A stretch of DNA of 62,984 nucleotides, the filler included, from Octopus bimaculoides (taxonomy: Eukaryota), in the NCBI RefSeq assembly GCF_001194135.2. It is 4 parts of 4 records of this genome, joined end to end, with 100 filler letters (N's around TTAATTAATTAA, not from the genome) between each part and the next. Parts side by side here need not be neighbours in the genome. Positions count along the whole stretch, not along the records: positions 46,093 to 62,984 come from NC_068982.1; 3 more parts are not named here. One strand, written 5' to 3'. The notes under the pieces are model-generated. The model did no database searches and was not told the DNA's origin. It saw only the letters and a program-made list of their open reading frames with translations. The first letter of the stretch is position 1. Each line of letters begins with the position of its first letter. A program made the position numbers and the translations under genes. This document shows positions 62,518 to 62,984 of this stretch, piece by piece.

Positions 62518-62794
62518 TGTCCTTGCTGGCCTTGAGCCAAAAATCTAAAACCTTATTTTAATGTTATACATCATGATGTCAGATCGGTACACTCGCATGC
62601 ACACACACATCACACTTGCAGAATATAAGTGATGGATCTCAGTTGGTTTCGACGACGAGTATTGAGTTGTGTGATCAACTGAATTACTACTCAATCTATT
62701 AGTATTCCCCAGACATGTCTACTTATAACTAATCGTCGGGAAGAATCAGCGTGACACAGTGACAAGGTAGCTGGACTTTCTTTGAATCACTGGT

Positions 62795-62880
62795 GTGATG
62801 GCTTCCATTCCGTTTCTGTCTATCCAGTTTCACTCAGAAAACTTGTTCAAAGTGCCGTGAAGTAGAAGCGACCTTGGAAT
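62795..62880 (-). mobile_element. Very diverged SINE family B head fragment
   Basis: GGCTTCCATTCCGTTTCTGTCTATCCAGTTTCACTCA...AGTAGAAG resembles 59771-59845. Confidence 0.45.
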
Positions 62881-62984
62881 CGCGCGATAATGAAACAAAC
62901 TTTTGACGCAATATCAACGGTAGATATTTTATTTCTGTTGTAATTAGATGTTGCTTTCGACTGTCTCGGTTTCTCTGTCTGTCT

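Noticed and set aside
62128-62561. 127-aa repetitive ORF MAQNGRNGTKWTKWHKMDE and overlapping ORFs
   Set aside because: The 19-aa period is simply three 19-nt minisatellite units; all frames are open by chance.

Overview
AT-rich, repeat-saturated animal genomic DNA. I recognise the SINE families, from memory, as those of octopod cephalopods (Octopus-like); this was not checked against a database. Most long ORFs in the supplied track are artefacts of microsatellites or N-gaps. No host protein-coding gene can be identified with confidence, only a few weak candidate exons. The window is a transposon graveyard. It holds two same-orientation nests of R4/Dong-like RLE retrotransposons in (TAA)n/(CAA)n tracts (6.6-15 kb and 48-50 kb), a near-complete Penelope-like element (RT plus C-terminal GIY-YIG) at 40.4-42.1 kb, a second Penelope fragment, CR1-like, Hero-like and probable RTE LINE pieces, DD34D mariner, DD37D maT, Chapaev-like, Helitron/Helentron-like and MITE elements, an LTR-like segment and at least three tRNA-derived SINE families. 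The strongest unexpected signals are: (1) an apparently intact minimal type I hammerhead ribozyme at 42312-42411, antisense and upstream of the Penelope-like ORF; (2) decayed hammerheads in a tandem duplication at 28.7-29.3 kb; (3) a CR1 LINE and a SINE sharing a 3' tail with a covarying hairpin; (4) a fold-back junction at 11.2-11.3 kb; (5) tandem repeats born from SINE heads. Three N44-TTAATTAATTAA-N44 spacers are synthetic scaffold joins, so adjacency across them is not sequence-supported. I see no evidence for a wholly new biological system; the best leads are ribozyme-bearing retroelements.
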